From Trichosphaerium sp. ATCC 40318 (lineage: Eukaryota; Protista; Tubulinea): a stretch of 64,000 nucleotides of DNA. Below are positions 24,223 through 37,505 of the stretch, in pieces. The number at the start of each line of letters is the position of its first letter. The stretch's first letter is position 1. The DNA lies in the NCBI GenBank assembly GCA_038496445.1, contig JALMLS010000368.1, positions 186,001-250,000 of the forward strand, read 5' to 3'. Under the pieces are notes generated by a model that did no database searches, was not told the DNA's origin, and was given only the letters and a program-made list of their open reading frames with translations. The translations under genes were made by a program, and so were the position numbers.

Positions 24223-27200
24223 TTACATAATAACAGTGGACACGAGTATAACGATGAATATTAACATGCCACCAAATAATGTCATGCTTTTAGTGGTGAT
24301 ACCATGTGACTGTTTAACAATTACACCATGGTTATCAGGAAAAGACCTAGCATCCTCATACAGCGTATTATCAAAGGAGAGTTGAGGATCGATAAAAATA
24401 CGATCAACAGGAGAGTTAACACAAACCGTCAGATTATTTTCAGATCGAGTCCATTCAAGATCTATATCACGAGAAGTACCCACTACAGATCCCTTTTGCT
24501 CAAGACCGAATGATCCAAGGTACGTCGTCTGAGTCACATCTAAAATTCAACAAAAGTAAGAGAATTGAACACGTGATAAATCAATGTGAAACCAAGAGTT
24601 GTTCTTCTCTTGCAGCGTACCAAGGATAGTCAAACGAGATATTGTATCATCCTCGCTCACTTCTTCGTCAATGATAACACCCTCACCAAGTATTTCTGAA
24701 GCGATACATAGTTTCGAAGTAGGATCAGAGTAAAGTGCAGGGTCGAATTGTACTTCCAAGAAACATTCCAAGGTATTCGCAGTGACATAATCGCCTTGAG
24801 TGTTCCCACCACTGGAAACCTGACATATAACAGATAGAACTTCATCTACCGTTGTAGATGAGAATGAAACGACTTTCAAACCGTTATTCTCTGTGGTCTC
24901 CCCCTCTAAACACAAGCAAGTTAACAAAAAAACAACTACTTTTTTTTTAGGGTACCTATGGCGTTCCATTCCCATTCGTTATCTACCTGCAATCTCTCGT
25001 CTTCTGGAGACAGTTCAAACACCTCTTTAACGTATAGGCACCACTCAGGTATCCTCAAGAATGAACGGGTGATTGTAGGGCTTATACGTTCGCTTAACAA
25101 TCGAGAAAAGCAAAGTAGAGCACCTGATGTCCTAACTTCCATATTCACCTATTTTTTGTTAAATAAATGAATTGCTTTGTACTTGATCAAGTGTTACCGT
25201 AATCTCATCTATTATTGTTTCGTTCACTGATTTCAAGCTATATTTACGGCTTGTTTTGGGGTTGGATGATGGTAACTGTTTCAAAGTACGAGTCTGTAAA
25301 AGAAAGAAAGAGTGAGTCCACCAACACAAAAACCAAAAAAAATAAAATGACAAAAGGTCTTTTGTAGACATTAAAAAGTTGTAACGGCTCGTTCTACCTG
25401 TTCGATGCTACTCTCATAACATCTATTGCCTGGACCACATTGCTTCTCACTTTCCTTATGACCAATTCTTGGTACGTTTCTTCTAAACATTTCAAGTCAA
25501 ACTTTTTTTTGTCTTGTTCATCAAGCATATCGTCAACACGTACAGTGGCGCCGGCCTGCATCTATCATTGTCTTGTCTGTGAAATACAGGGCACGTGCAC
25601 TTAGGACCATCCCCAGTGACTACACATTGACCAAAAGGGCAACCGTTTGGTAGGCTATCTGCACATACATTGTTACCACAGTTTACGCCCTCTGTTGGGT
25701 TGAACCCAGCATTGCAAATGCACTGAACATTACCTACATTGGGCGTAATGTTAGATTTGTAATAAAATAGGATTTGTTATAAATTATAATAAGTTACCAT
25801 CAGTATTAGTCTGCAAAGTACTGTCAGGAGGGCACTGTATAGCTGAAACTCTCAAGTCTTGCTCTTTAAAGTTACAGATATTACCCGACCACCCTGGAAG
25901 GCATACACACTCCCCATCGCTATTAAGATATTGATTAAAGTGTTTACAGGCACATTCAAGAGATTGTGTTTCAGCGTCAGATCCCGTGTCAACGATACTG
26001 TTGGAGGATGGTAGTCCTGGGAAAATGATTAAAAAAGATGGCTTGTCCTTCGTTTTTCTGCGGCGTACGTGCGCGACTGACTGCTACACAGTCTTGTGGG
26101 GACTCACATCTAGGATTGCAATCCTTTTTACGTCGTTTTTCTGCGCAAACACGCCTTCCATCTGAGCCCCTAGCGAAAAAATGAATAAATTTACAAACTA
26201 GGGTATAGGCTATCTTGTAAATGCACTTACGTTATCAATCGGTATTTGTTAACGCATTGGCAGCGCACACCCTCCTTGTGATCAAGAACACATACTGAAT
26301 TAGGACCACAAAAGGTACCTAGTAACACGTGATTAAAACAGAGAAAAGCACCAAGAAAAAAAACTCCCAAAACTTTATGTAACGTACGGTTACAGGCTTC
26401 GTCACATTGTCCTGTTTCCATATTCCATGATGTACCAAAGCGCTAGATAACAAATAAATAAAGCGGTTCTGCACATTGAGCCCAAAGAAAAACGTAAAAA
26501 AAGATAAACAGAGTCACACTTACAGTGCAGGAGCAACCTGTTGTAGGATCCCATTTTTCTCCTCCTGGACACGCACAATAGATCTCTGCCGAGGGTTGTG
26601 GTGGTGCAGTAGCTGCGAGATGACATCGCGTCCCTATTGGACATGCTATGCGAGCACAAGCCCAAGGATCAAATACACCAAGTCTAGAAAAATAGTTGGT
26701 AAAAAACAAACTGGTTATTTCACTTACTGTGTGCAATTATTTTGCGCGTATTCCTTTGGACAAATAGAACACGGTTGTACAGCACCTGTTGATGTTTCAC
26801 GGTCTTCATAGTTGCCAGGGCAACCACATGTTCCATATCTATTTACAGTCTGCGTCATAACATTCAGGTAGAAATTACTAGAAATAGGTATGTCAAAACA
26901 AGTAAAAAACTACAGGCAATTCTCAAAGAGAGGGATGTACAGTACCTTCGGCAAACGCGATAATCAGGGCATGCCCCTTTACAAGGCATAGACTGATTAA
27001 CTGGTACGTCACATATTGCACCACCCCAATTCACGTCACAGCTGCAGTAACTCGTTGTAGAGCCTGAGCTTGTTGCAGTTAAACAAATACCATGAAGGCA
27101 ACCAGCTCCGTCTCCACATGTAGATTGAGTGCAACCAGGGCCTACAGTACCGTATAATCAGCAATGTCGAAGACTTTACTAAGAAATGAAAATCGTACCT

Positions 27201-29217
27201 GTATAGCCAGGTCTACATAGTGTACACTGTCCGTTTTCGTCTCTTGTGAGCTCTTTGCGGCACTCACACCTGACTTTAACTGTCCGCCAATTGAGGATGT
27301 CATGTCTATCAAAGGATACTACACATCTTGTACCAGGATCAGATTGGCGGCATCGATCATTGCATTCCATAAGGATATTTGGCTCAACTGAGTTATCTGT
27401 CTTCATTCTAAACTCTTTATTATTAATATAGTTCTCGCATGTAGTATCATTTGAGTTCAGAGGGCTACTACACTTTGAGCATGGAAGTCCACCTTCTGGT
27501 GTCACCCTAAAAACAGATTATGATTAATTTATGAAGAAGGAGTATCACAGAGTTTGAAGATTCGTACCATCCTTCATGGCAGAAACAGAAAGGTCGGTTA
27601 TCTATAGTTGTTATGCAGTTTCCATTATCTCCACATGCTACAGGACAAGCTGTAGGGGGCTTAAAAGTAGGTCAGTGAGCGCTCTAAGATTATTAATAAT
27701 CCTTGAAGTAAACGCACCCTTAGCTGTGATACGCATATGCCTATTAAACGATCACGTGTGTATGTAGGTGCACATTCAGTACAAACGCCATGGTCAGAAT
27801 TGACATAACCTATTCTACAATCTCCACACAGTTGCCCTTGCCTGTTTAAAACGAAATATTAGGTTACCATAAAAGTACTTGTTGATGAGCACGTGCCTGC
27901 TGTATGGACAACTACAGCTTGCAAAGTCGCCACCCCTAAATACGCATTCACCACCATTTGCTCTACAGGTAGGACAAGCGGTTTCTTGAGGTACGCATGA
28001 TGACTCGGTTGCCTTAACATAACCTGGAGCACAATCCGAGCAAGCTTTGACATACTAGAAAATAAACGTTTAAAAAGAATACCTATGATACTGTTTTTAT
28101 GACGTACTGCGACTGCAGATTTGTCGACTGGGATCACAGCTAGTGCGTGTCTCCAACCTTCGTTACAAGAGCAATTCACAAAGGTTTCGTTAAAAATATT
28201 ACAGGTTCCTTGACCGCAATACTCTAGCAAAAAAAGTCAGAAAATAACGTGATGGTAATTACAATCTTGTTTGTTACCATTTCTATCGCAATTTTCAGCT
28301 GTTATCAATTTACATTTTCCATCAGAGTAAGTATAACCCTCATCACACTCACAATCGTATGATGCAGGATCTGGAATACAGGTGGCATCTAGAGACTGAC
28401 AGACTAAAAAGATACACACGTAAATAAATAAGAAAAAATTGTTTTTTTTTTTTGTGTCTATCTAACGCACGTGTACAATTAGATTGGTTGTTAGCATTTG
28501 AAGTCAGAGCGCGTTTGCATACACCTTGCTATTGAAAGAAAAAAGATAAGCATCTACCGTTACAACTCGTTATAAAAAAGGTATTTCTGAGCGCACCCCA
28601 AATACAAAGGATGACGCGCACACGTCGCATTTATCTGACGCCTCAGAGACTTCCCAACCAGGGAAGCAAATGCATTTTCGTTCGCCTTCTACTACGGCAC
28701 AGTCACCATGACCACAATCTGTTGGTTCTCCATTGGTTACACAAGGATCGTCCGCTGCTTGTGCAGTACAATTGTCTACCGAGAGATAAAAGGGTCAGAA
28801 CATTTTAATGAACTTGTTTTAACGCGTTTAAAATTTTGTACTAATAAGTAGCCTCGCTATGCGGGTTCCCACGCGGTCTTAAGGAGTATAATGGGTATAT
28901 AATATTGTATATAATATTGTATGTAATTAAATGAACCGTTACCTGCTAGCTGGCGCCCTGAAATACAATCTGTGCATGTTTGTGTTGTTGTGTTCAACTT
29001 AAACGGTACAACGCATACACAGTATTTACTGTACGTGCAGCGCGAGTTTCGACCATAATCACACTCGTCTAATTACGAATTAGGAACAATTTTTAGTTGG
29101 AAGACCTAATAACGCACCACCAGGTATTCTACAGCTTTTTATACCACTTGCGAGAGAATTACACAATAAAAACAAGGACAGCGCTAGAAGCCTTAATAAT
29201 TGCCTTGTTTCGTGCAT
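24223..29217 (-). CDS. Large type-I membrane protein with many EGF-like repeats and a C-terminal beta-rich extracellular domain
   Basis: Signal peptide MHETRQLLRLLALSLFLLCNSLASG; repeated Cys patterns (CGQGTC...CSCNEGW, CECDEGY, CRPGYTG, CGHGDC...CICFPGW); C-terminal hydrophobic TLFGGMLIFIVILVSTVIM. Confidence 0.85.
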
Positions 29218-29368
29218 TTATGCGCAATAATACGCCTAAGCTCCCTACAAATAGCTCGGCCGATTGTATCGGCCCGATAAGTCACGTAGTATGCGGCTTA
29301 AACAATAAAAAAGTTGAAAGTAGTTTGCCAGGCAAACAAACATCGAGTTTATATGTACAGTCTGCTGT

Positions 29369-30686
29369 TTACACTTTTACAAATTGTTCCGTTTCAATGG
29401 GTACCCAAGCTTTGTAAAGTAAAAAAACGTCAGTATACAATATCACGTGATAATAACGTGTACCTGCAGCAGGATGCATGTGCTTTGTTTGCTTATAAAA
29501 TGTTGCTGTTACAACCTTTGCTGGTAGTATTTTAACGCCATCTACCTCGTCTGTATCCCAGTACCATAGAGGTCTACCGTTTTTGCCTTTTTGTAAAAAA
29601 GTTAGGGAAGGAATGGATAGTTCAAAGTCTTTAAATTGTAATCACGTGATATAAAAAAAACGTGACACTACTGAAAAAGTACTTGTTTGCGAAGTGCGCA
29701 CCTTTGGCTTTTATCTCACACAACTCGTAAAACGTGTGCGTATGTGGAATTATTGTGTCCTCCTAAACATTTGTGGGTTAAGTTCAAGGTGAAAAATATT
29801 TTTGTTCTTGTTACCTTTACTAGTATTAATTCGCTTGTACTCATGTCCTCAAGTGATTCTGACATACGAATAACTGTGTCAAGAAATTCCCTAATGGTAG
29901 CTCCAAACTTTATCTACATTGTTGTCAGTACGTCTGTCAACGAAATGATCATTCTGTCAACAAAAAAAAAGTTTTTCATTTTTGACGTACTGTTAGTTTA
30001 TGAGTGTTGCTTACTCCTACTTTATTGAACAAGCACCAGTCCACTATAAAATCGGCATCTAACTCAGCAAAGTTAGCTAACTTTAACAAAATCTGATTTT
30101 TTTGGCATGTCATGACACACGTGGTCATGCAAGGTTCATTATCTTTGGCACCTACTTTGTAGTTGTCGTTGCTTCTCTAGCCATTGTAACTTTAAATGTC
30201 CTCTAGCATCCTTCTCAGCTCGTTCACGCTCCCTATCAGGAAGGAATGTAGCATCCACCGTAGGGTCCTTTGGCAAAAAGGTAAGTCAAGGAGAACAACT
30301 AAGCAACAACAATGAACCTTGCCAAGTTTCTTTTTTTTTGGTATAAAATCGTCCTCTTCTTCTTCTTCGTCCTCTGTTGATGGTAAGCATACGTCACATA
30401 ATACATATACGTACCGTCATCAGCAAATGACAGCTGTGCGCGCATTTTATCCAATTTTCTTTTTTTCAATTGACGCTTTTTCTGTGCTTCCTCTTCTCTG
30501 CGTTTGTAGGTAAATAATACGAGTCATGATGCGTGCGTACGCCCGAATATCACTCTCCGTCTTTTTGTCGGTAATAGCAACTCCAGCGAGCGCTTTTTTA
30601 CGCCTATAGTCGTCTAGTGTCACCAAACCCCTTGTTTCTTTGCTAAGAAGCTCCTCGCTATTGTTTATCTTCGAAGAGAAGTTCAT
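29369..30686 (-). CDS. FAM50: Divergent FAM50/XAP5-family protein
   Basis: TRGLVTLDDYRRKK, GKDPTVDATFLPDRERE, GRPLWYWD...AKVVTATFYKQTKHMHPAA..W follow the XAP5 conserved blocks in order. Confidence 0.8.
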
Positions 30687-30863
30687 GGTGTTACTGAGTG
30701 GTGTCCGACGTTCAAATGCTTACAATTTGTTGAATTAGCAACGCTCAAATCTTTTTTATAGTGACAGTCGCGTAAAGTCATCAAACAAACAACTCTGCAC
30801 ATCACACGGCATTGTGCTTGCGCGTAACGCCGTTTGACGCTTTTTTAATTCCATGTTTACGGG

Positions 30864-32125
30864 ATGTTGTCCACAACGCGCAATTCTGCGATCAAGCGCA
30901 TAACAACCAGTAAATACGGTACATGCTGTACGTATTTCGTCGTGGTTACTACTGTCAACTAAATTAAGCTGTATTTGTAGTACTACGCTCTCGGACCGTG
31001 TCAACTAGCGAAAAACAGAAGGAAACAAAAAAAGAACGACCAAAACCGGTTAGAAACGTTACTTCTTACTCAAGAAACCACTGGGTGAAGTTAGAGAACC
31101 AAAAAGAGTATATAGAACGCGTTATAGGTCCTCAAATGGGTATTAAATCATTGACAGATTGGTACAATGTCAGAACAAAAGATATACATAAACTAGGAGG
31201 AACCTCCTTCCTTACACAGTACGTTAAGTTTTTAATTGCAAATCACGTGTTCGTAAACGAACACCAACAGTTTTTTTTTTCCCAACTTTGCGTTGACATG
31301 TTGAAGCTACTACCGAGATTCCTTCGCTGCAGCAATCATGGCGATTTATCCAGAGGTTCTATGGGATCCTGTAAAGTTCAGGCACGTTTTATGATTAAAT
31401 CAAGGCATAACAAAAGGTGTCAAGGAGTGCACCAAGAGGATATTGGAACCATGATACATTTAAACAAAAACTAGAGGAAATTGGCGTAACACTACGTGTA
31501 ATGATAGTTTCTGATTGGGAAAAGATAAGAGTACATGAGGTCATTGCTCGTGGAGGATACTACATTGTCAAGAGGTACTAACAAGACAAATCGGATACTA
31601 ACATTTCACCTTCTAAATATTTTTAAAGGGCATTCAAAAGTTCTCTTACCAAAGCCCTTGAAATAATGTACCCTGATTATGATTGGTCCCAACGTTACCA
31701 AAAGAGAGCAGGTGGGTTTTGGAGCGATGATAGCCATGTACTAGATTTTCTGAAGAGTAAGTAACTGATGTCTCTTTTTTCCATTTCCACCTGTGAGGTA
31801 TTTGTACCGGTTAACATGATCTTTAAGAACTTGAGAAGAAAGTACATATATCCTGCGCTGAGCAGTGGTATAAAGTATCTCACCTTCAAATACACCAGTA
31901 TGGAGGCGCAGCAATACTGAACGAAAGGTACCCAAATTGTTTGGCATTGTTGTATCCAAACTATAAATGGAAGTTCTCCGGATTCAAAGAGGAATCCGTT
32001 AAGAAGAGATCTAATCAATTGTACGCATCACCCTTCGTCTACTTTATATTTCTTATGCACTTAAAGCGCACTCAGTAATGCCATAACACGCTTGTTGATG
32101 TAGTATAATTCAAACAACTTTGTAA
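30864..32125 (+). CDS. Uncharacterised protein with tandem W..YP..W repeats and a mitochondrial-like presequence
   Basis: N-terminus MLSTTRNSAIKRITTSKY (basic/hydroxylated, no acidic residues); three repeats of the type HW...NQKEYIE...LTDWY...IHKLGG...YPE..W, then YPDYDW...GFWSD, then YPNYKWKF. Confidence 0.6.
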
Positions 32126-32344
32126 AGATAGAAACAAAATAGGAAAGCAAACATTGCTTAAAAACCAAGCCATAGGTTGAGCGTAATTATGCTGATGATA
32201 AGCGTGATGTAGCTAAATCTTAACTCTTTGCTATATTATTACCCAAACGTGTACAATATAAAAATAGCACATTTACTAGCTAAGAAAATTGCTTAAAAGT
32301 GTTGAAGTGATCATCTTTTTCGATTGAGGTTCAACCCTTTTAAG

Positions 32345-32536
32345 AATTAACTGTTTACATCAAAATCTGCTTCATTGGAGATTGTGGTGTTGGAAAGAGT
32401 TCTTTGAGTGGTAGATTGACTGATAACGGAACCACTTACAAGGAAGATCTTGATTATGTATGTTAATTACCACTTGTGACACGTGTTGTTGATAGCAGCT
32501 AGATAATGGCTCTTGTATATACCTTGAATTCTATGG
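32345..32536 (+). pseudogene. Ras/Rab-like small GTPase fragment
   Basis: YIKICFIGDCGVGKSSL (G1 P-loop) followed by a short IYLEFY segment; no G3/G4 boxes and no start codon found. Confidence 0.5.
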
Positions 32537-32732
32537 GTACACGTCATAGAAATCCGTGATTTGTATTCTACAAGCTATTGCCTCACATAGCACAGGTATA
32601 AGATGTGCTTGTTGTGCGTAGGTATAGCTACTAGTGGCATTTTAGTGACGGTGTGGAATTTGTTAGCACGTGCTCTATCTATCACAACTATTGAAGTTCG
32701 CGAATGAGTACTAGTACATTTGTTTGTTTTAT

Positions 32733-35700
32733 TTAAGTATTAAGTAAATCAATACGTTTTGCTCTGTGCCATACAAGTTCTCCATTCCTTTTAAAGTATC
32801 TTATACGATGTTGTGGAAACCAATGCGTATCGTCTATACCAAAGTCATCAAATGGCATTTCTTGAATACCAACAAATCTATCCATGTATCCGATTACAAA
32901 CTCTGTTGAATCTAACGAAGGATCCCATTTTATCCTTGACATAATGTGTTTTGAGTGCTTGAATACACCATCATCTTCCATGTCTTCTTCCTCCTCTGAT
33001 TCTCCATCAGATGATTTATTATTATTATTACCCTTTGCTGCCTCTGCAGCAGCCTTGGCGGCAGCCTCTGCAGCTTTTTGTTTCTTGGCATTTTTTCGTT
33101 GTAATTTCTGCTGCTTTCGGAAATCTTTTGTGTCCTGTTTTGTAACTTGCTTGATTGCTGGCGAAGATACAACTGGCGATGGTCGCGGGTTAGGCGTGTA
33201 TGTTTTAGCTTTAGGAACTTGTGCTGTTTGTTGCTTCTTAGCGATAGTACGCGCTTTTGGAGGTGAAGGACTATCCAAGCGAGCGCTTTGTTTTGAAGAT
33301 TTTTGCAAGTTGTCAAGCATGTTGGCTCTAAAACAAGCATGAGGTTGAGTATAAATAACAGTTTGTACCCTTTGGTAATATTCACTTGTATTTTAAAATT
33401 TGGTTGACTTAGAGCAGTATTGAATAGTGCTTCCACTTGAGGAATGAAAGACTTAAGAGCAACACTTTTTTGGATTGTTTTGAGAAGTCCAAATGTAAGA
33501 ATGCAAATGTTCTTCTTTCCATTCAAATGTATAGGCGCAGGATGGACTAGAAAAATTAAGTTAGATTTGAGAAGCCTTCCTGGGTAAAATAGTACCAATG
33601 AGAGGCAGTTCTGTGGATAGCAATTTAACAACATTTGGTGTGACGCTTTCGATGCTATCAATGTTGGATTGACTTATGTTATCTCCAGTCACTAAGATAG
33701 ATCTGTTAGATACTATTTGATACTTTTAAGGGTCGTACTGGATACTCTCATATATCTTGGATACATAGAAGAGAAAGGAGGTCCGTGGAATATGTTCCAA
33801 TCTCCCTTCTTGACTTGTTTAAAAGTTCGTTTGACTCGATCTGAGAATACAGCAACACTGGCTTTTGTAACGTTTTCTGCCAAGTTTATGACAGGGTGAC
33901 ATGGGGAGCCTACGAACATTGGAAATTCCTATTGATTTATTAGTAATCAAAAACGTTAGTAGCGCGGAGGCGCACTTGGTCGGTTTGATGTTCTAGATCG
34001 TTATCTTGTGACAGATTGATTTGAGATGTCCAGTCTATCGTTGAGAAGAACTCAAAAAACCTTAGAATAACCTCCCATGTCTCAACACTATGTACACAGT
34101 CAGTTAAACGCACTGGAAAATAGGACCTGTATGACTCACCCAGAGTATTGCTGGCATATTTTGGCTACCATTACACTTAAACACAGTGTTGACGGGAAGC
34201 AAGTACCGGTCATGACATACTCTAAATTTAGTCTTAGTACAAAAAAAACCTGCTCAATCTCATACCTCTTGCCCAAAGCAGTAAACATTGTACAGCTGTT
34301 TTAAACACTTGATAGTCTGGTACAGACTTTCTTATTGTCAAGGTGTACAACCAAGTGTCATAATGTCCTCTCACGGATAATGTGTTTGATGTTTGCATCA
34401 TTGCATCACATGATTCTCCAACTGTTTGTGCGTAGTACAGTCGAAAGCACATGTTGTTGAACTGTATTTCTACAAACGGGCAAAGAGTCGCTTGGTCAAC
34501 CTACAACTTTGTTAATCAAGAACCATGACTAACATGAAATATTTGTGAACCGTACGTTAACAATGGTGATGTCAGGTCGAGGTTCAAAATGTGTTGACAC
34601 AGTGTTTATAAAGGACTGTGGTGAGCACTGTCCTATGACACAAATATCGTATATTTTGGATGCAAATGAGATGTCCCCTGAAGGTTCACCAGTAAAGTTA
34701 GGTTCACCATCCCATTTCATTGCATTGATTTCGCCCATCAAGAAGTTGATGCTATCCGTAACAAGTTTTACTTCTGTAAAAACGAATTAAGAAGTTGTGT
34801 TTGAAATGGAGTTGTTGTTGAAGCAGTAAAAGCTATTGTTTATATTTCTTACCTTGAGATGTATTATCAATACCATTGGTTCTTACCAAAGCTGTAAGAT
34901 CTATACCACAAGAATGTTCTTGAGTTACGACAAGCTGTTTGGATGTTACTTTTGGTTCTCCAATGTAACTCAGTGTGCATCTGTACAAGTTTCCAATAAG
35001 ATCAATGAGCACGTGGTTTTTGCGTACCTCAGTCCATTGTGATCAGAAGCAAATGTAGTTATATTCTTCCCACTGGGTGTTGTGATAGATAAAGGATCCA
35101 TACCAATCATCTGTATGTCATCACATTGCCAATGGCTTGCCCTGTTATATGTAAGAAAAAAACAAGAACAAGTAAACTCAAGTTCGTTGAAATATACCGT
35201 AGTAGTATCCTATCGAGTCTTCCAGGTTCGCCTGTTTTAGAGTTCATCTTTGCAAGCGTATTTTTACTAGGATCAAAAGTAAAACCAGGATCTTTTGGAT
35301 GAACTGATTTCCAAGCATCTGTCAATCCACTCTTCTTTACCATGAATGTATTAAACGTATCACCATCTCTAACATTGAAATCTCCCAATATAACGGCATC
35401 AGCTATAATCAAATGATCAGAACAACAACCCAACAAACTCAAAGACGAAACCACAATACCACACGGGTATGCCATTACGTCAAGGGAAAAAACAAGTACC
35501 TGACCCATGTAGTACGCGATCATACACCAGACTTAAAGTTCTTGTACGCTTTTCATCAATCACCTGGCCAACGATTAGTACCAAATACAACACTGTAAAA
35601 TTGCTATTGCTATTGTTACGTACACGCCTTGCATCAGCGTCTTTAGTTGGGGAGTTTGATAGTAGATGAAGCACAGGCACATATAGATATCTGTTGTTGA

Positions 35701-37301
35701 TATTGAACTGTCCAATTATAGCTGATTTGTGTGTTGTGAATGTATGATACAAAACTCTAAATAGAACACTTAGTAAACACAACATTCACAGTCTAAAAAA
35801 AAACCGCAATGACGCTACCTGAAAGGAAACTTTGAGAGTATGACTTGACCGTAAGGGCAAATTGTGAAACCAGCTTCAAAGCAAGGAGTTAAAACGATAA
35901 AAACAAGGTTGCTTGTACCTTTGTCTGAGATGTAGTATCGTTGCTGTACCCATGGTTGTTTCAGCAACTCTTGTAAGAAAGAATGTGTCATCTCCACGAG
36001 GCCTATTATATCAGCATCGCTATCACGCAAAGTGTTCATCAGTCTGACACGCCTAAAAGTCACGTGATTGTAAGCATCAACCTGGAAATAGCGTATGTCT
36101 TAATACCTTTCTGGTGTATAGATTTTATCAGCATCGTATAGCTCAAAGAGTACATTGTATGATACTATTGTGAGTTTATTTAGACGCTGGCTTTTGTGTG
36201 TAGCAGTAGCATAGTCACACATGCCCCACGCATCATTGTTTTTGTGCGTGTATGAAGGCAGGACTCTGAAAAGCGTCTTATCTTGATCAGAACATCCTTT
36301 CTCGAGCCTCTTTTCTTCTGAATAAGCCTACTCTCAATGTTACCAATAACTTATTATCGTGTATACGAGTACCTTACAGACGCTACCAACGCGAGAGAAT
36401 ATAAGATTTGTTTCTGGTTTGGCAAACCCCTAAAAAAATAGTGTCAATTTTAAACGTCGTGGAGTGCACTATCATGTTGGTAACGTACACGAAGTGGAAT
36501 AGCATGACGTATTTGGAAAGGAGTATCTATCCCTCTTGAAATTATATACACGTGCGTCAACTTCCATTTTAGTGGTTTAAAAGATGTTTCTCTGAATTTA
36601 TGAAGCATCTCATTTGCGTAATCCTGAAAAAAATGTAAGTTGTTTTCTAACACTAATTCGAGCTTTTGTAGGATTTTTTTTGACTTACCTTTGCTTTTCC
36701 AAATGAAGTTACAGATAAATGGGGATTCCACTGACCTCCAGAAATTTTATCAAGGTCATCACATATCGGAAAAGTTTGAACAAGTTTATCATGTAATTTC
36801 TTTATCAATCTTCTTGACTAGCCGAGTTGTTTAAGTGAAAACTTGTCCTTCAAGTGAAAAGTGAAAAGTAATAGTTACCTGTATAGCTGGTTTATAGTAT
36901 ATAGTTGAACTCTTTTCAAAGTGGAAAATGTCAAGTGAAGGAAGGTCAATGTAGAAAGGAGCAATATTTGCCAGAGCCTAAAAACCAAGTTAGAAATACA
37001 ATTTAATTTGCGACACTAGCAAATGCTACTGACGCCTACAATCGCTTGGGTTGAGTAATATTATGACATTTGGTGGCGTTTTGAGGTTTTTAAATACATT
37101 TTTAAGTAGTTGTACCTCTTTTGCTTTTTCAGCTGCAGAATCTATGTGTACATCCTCCAGAAAGGGGTACACGAGGTTCATATGTGGCATCCATCGACAA
37201 ATACCTGATTTGTCATAAACTCTTCTTATCTTCTGTATATCCTCCCATGGGCCAGATACAGGTGGTATTATAACGATAGATGTTTGTACCGTCTTCTTCA
37301 T
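32733..37301 (-). CDS. Multidomain RNA end-processing protein: 2H phosphoesterase + EEP phosphatase/nuclease + poly(A)-polymerase-like domains (degenerate) + MJ1316/DUF504 domain
   Basis: 2H: SIVIIPP...RWMPHMNLVYPF and WNPHLSV. EEP: SYNVLF, IIGLVE, LHL, ILGDFN, GFTFDP, RLDRI, ASDHNGL. PAP-like: DICVIG, PFVEIQ, FKTAVQCLLLWARG, VMVAKICQQY, SPCHPVINLA. MJ1316: SRIKWDP...IGYMDRF.G...PQHRIRYFKRNGELVWHR. Confidence 0.88.
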
Positions 37302-37314
37302 TGTTGGTGATTGT

Positions 37315-37489
37315 AAAAATAGCCAAATATAAAAAACTGTGTTTTGAGAAAGAAGCGATAAAAAAGTGCTCCATGTTCACCGAATCGAATCATACATACC
37401 TTTAACAAGCTTAATAGAGTGTCTCACGTACTATAGAAGGTGAAAGAATAGAATTATTACTTCTGTAAGCCAGAAATTTGGCTATTTTT
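37315..37489. promoter_or_regulatory. Symmetric bidirectional promoter/5'UTR region with a 14-bp perfect inverted repeat
   Basis: AAAAATAGCCAAAT (37315-37328) and ATTTGGCTATTTTT (37476-37489). Each copy reads ATTTGGCTATTTTT(A)CAAT toward the adjacent ATG and ends 13 or 16 nt before it. Confidence 0.6.
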
Positions 37490-37505
37490 CAATAAGGAAA
37501 CACAG

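Noticed and set aside
32884-33661. Overlapping ORFs 32884-33342 (+) and 32930-33661 (-)
   Set aside because: Shadow or alternative-frame read-through of exons of the 2H-EEP-PAP-MJ1316 gene.
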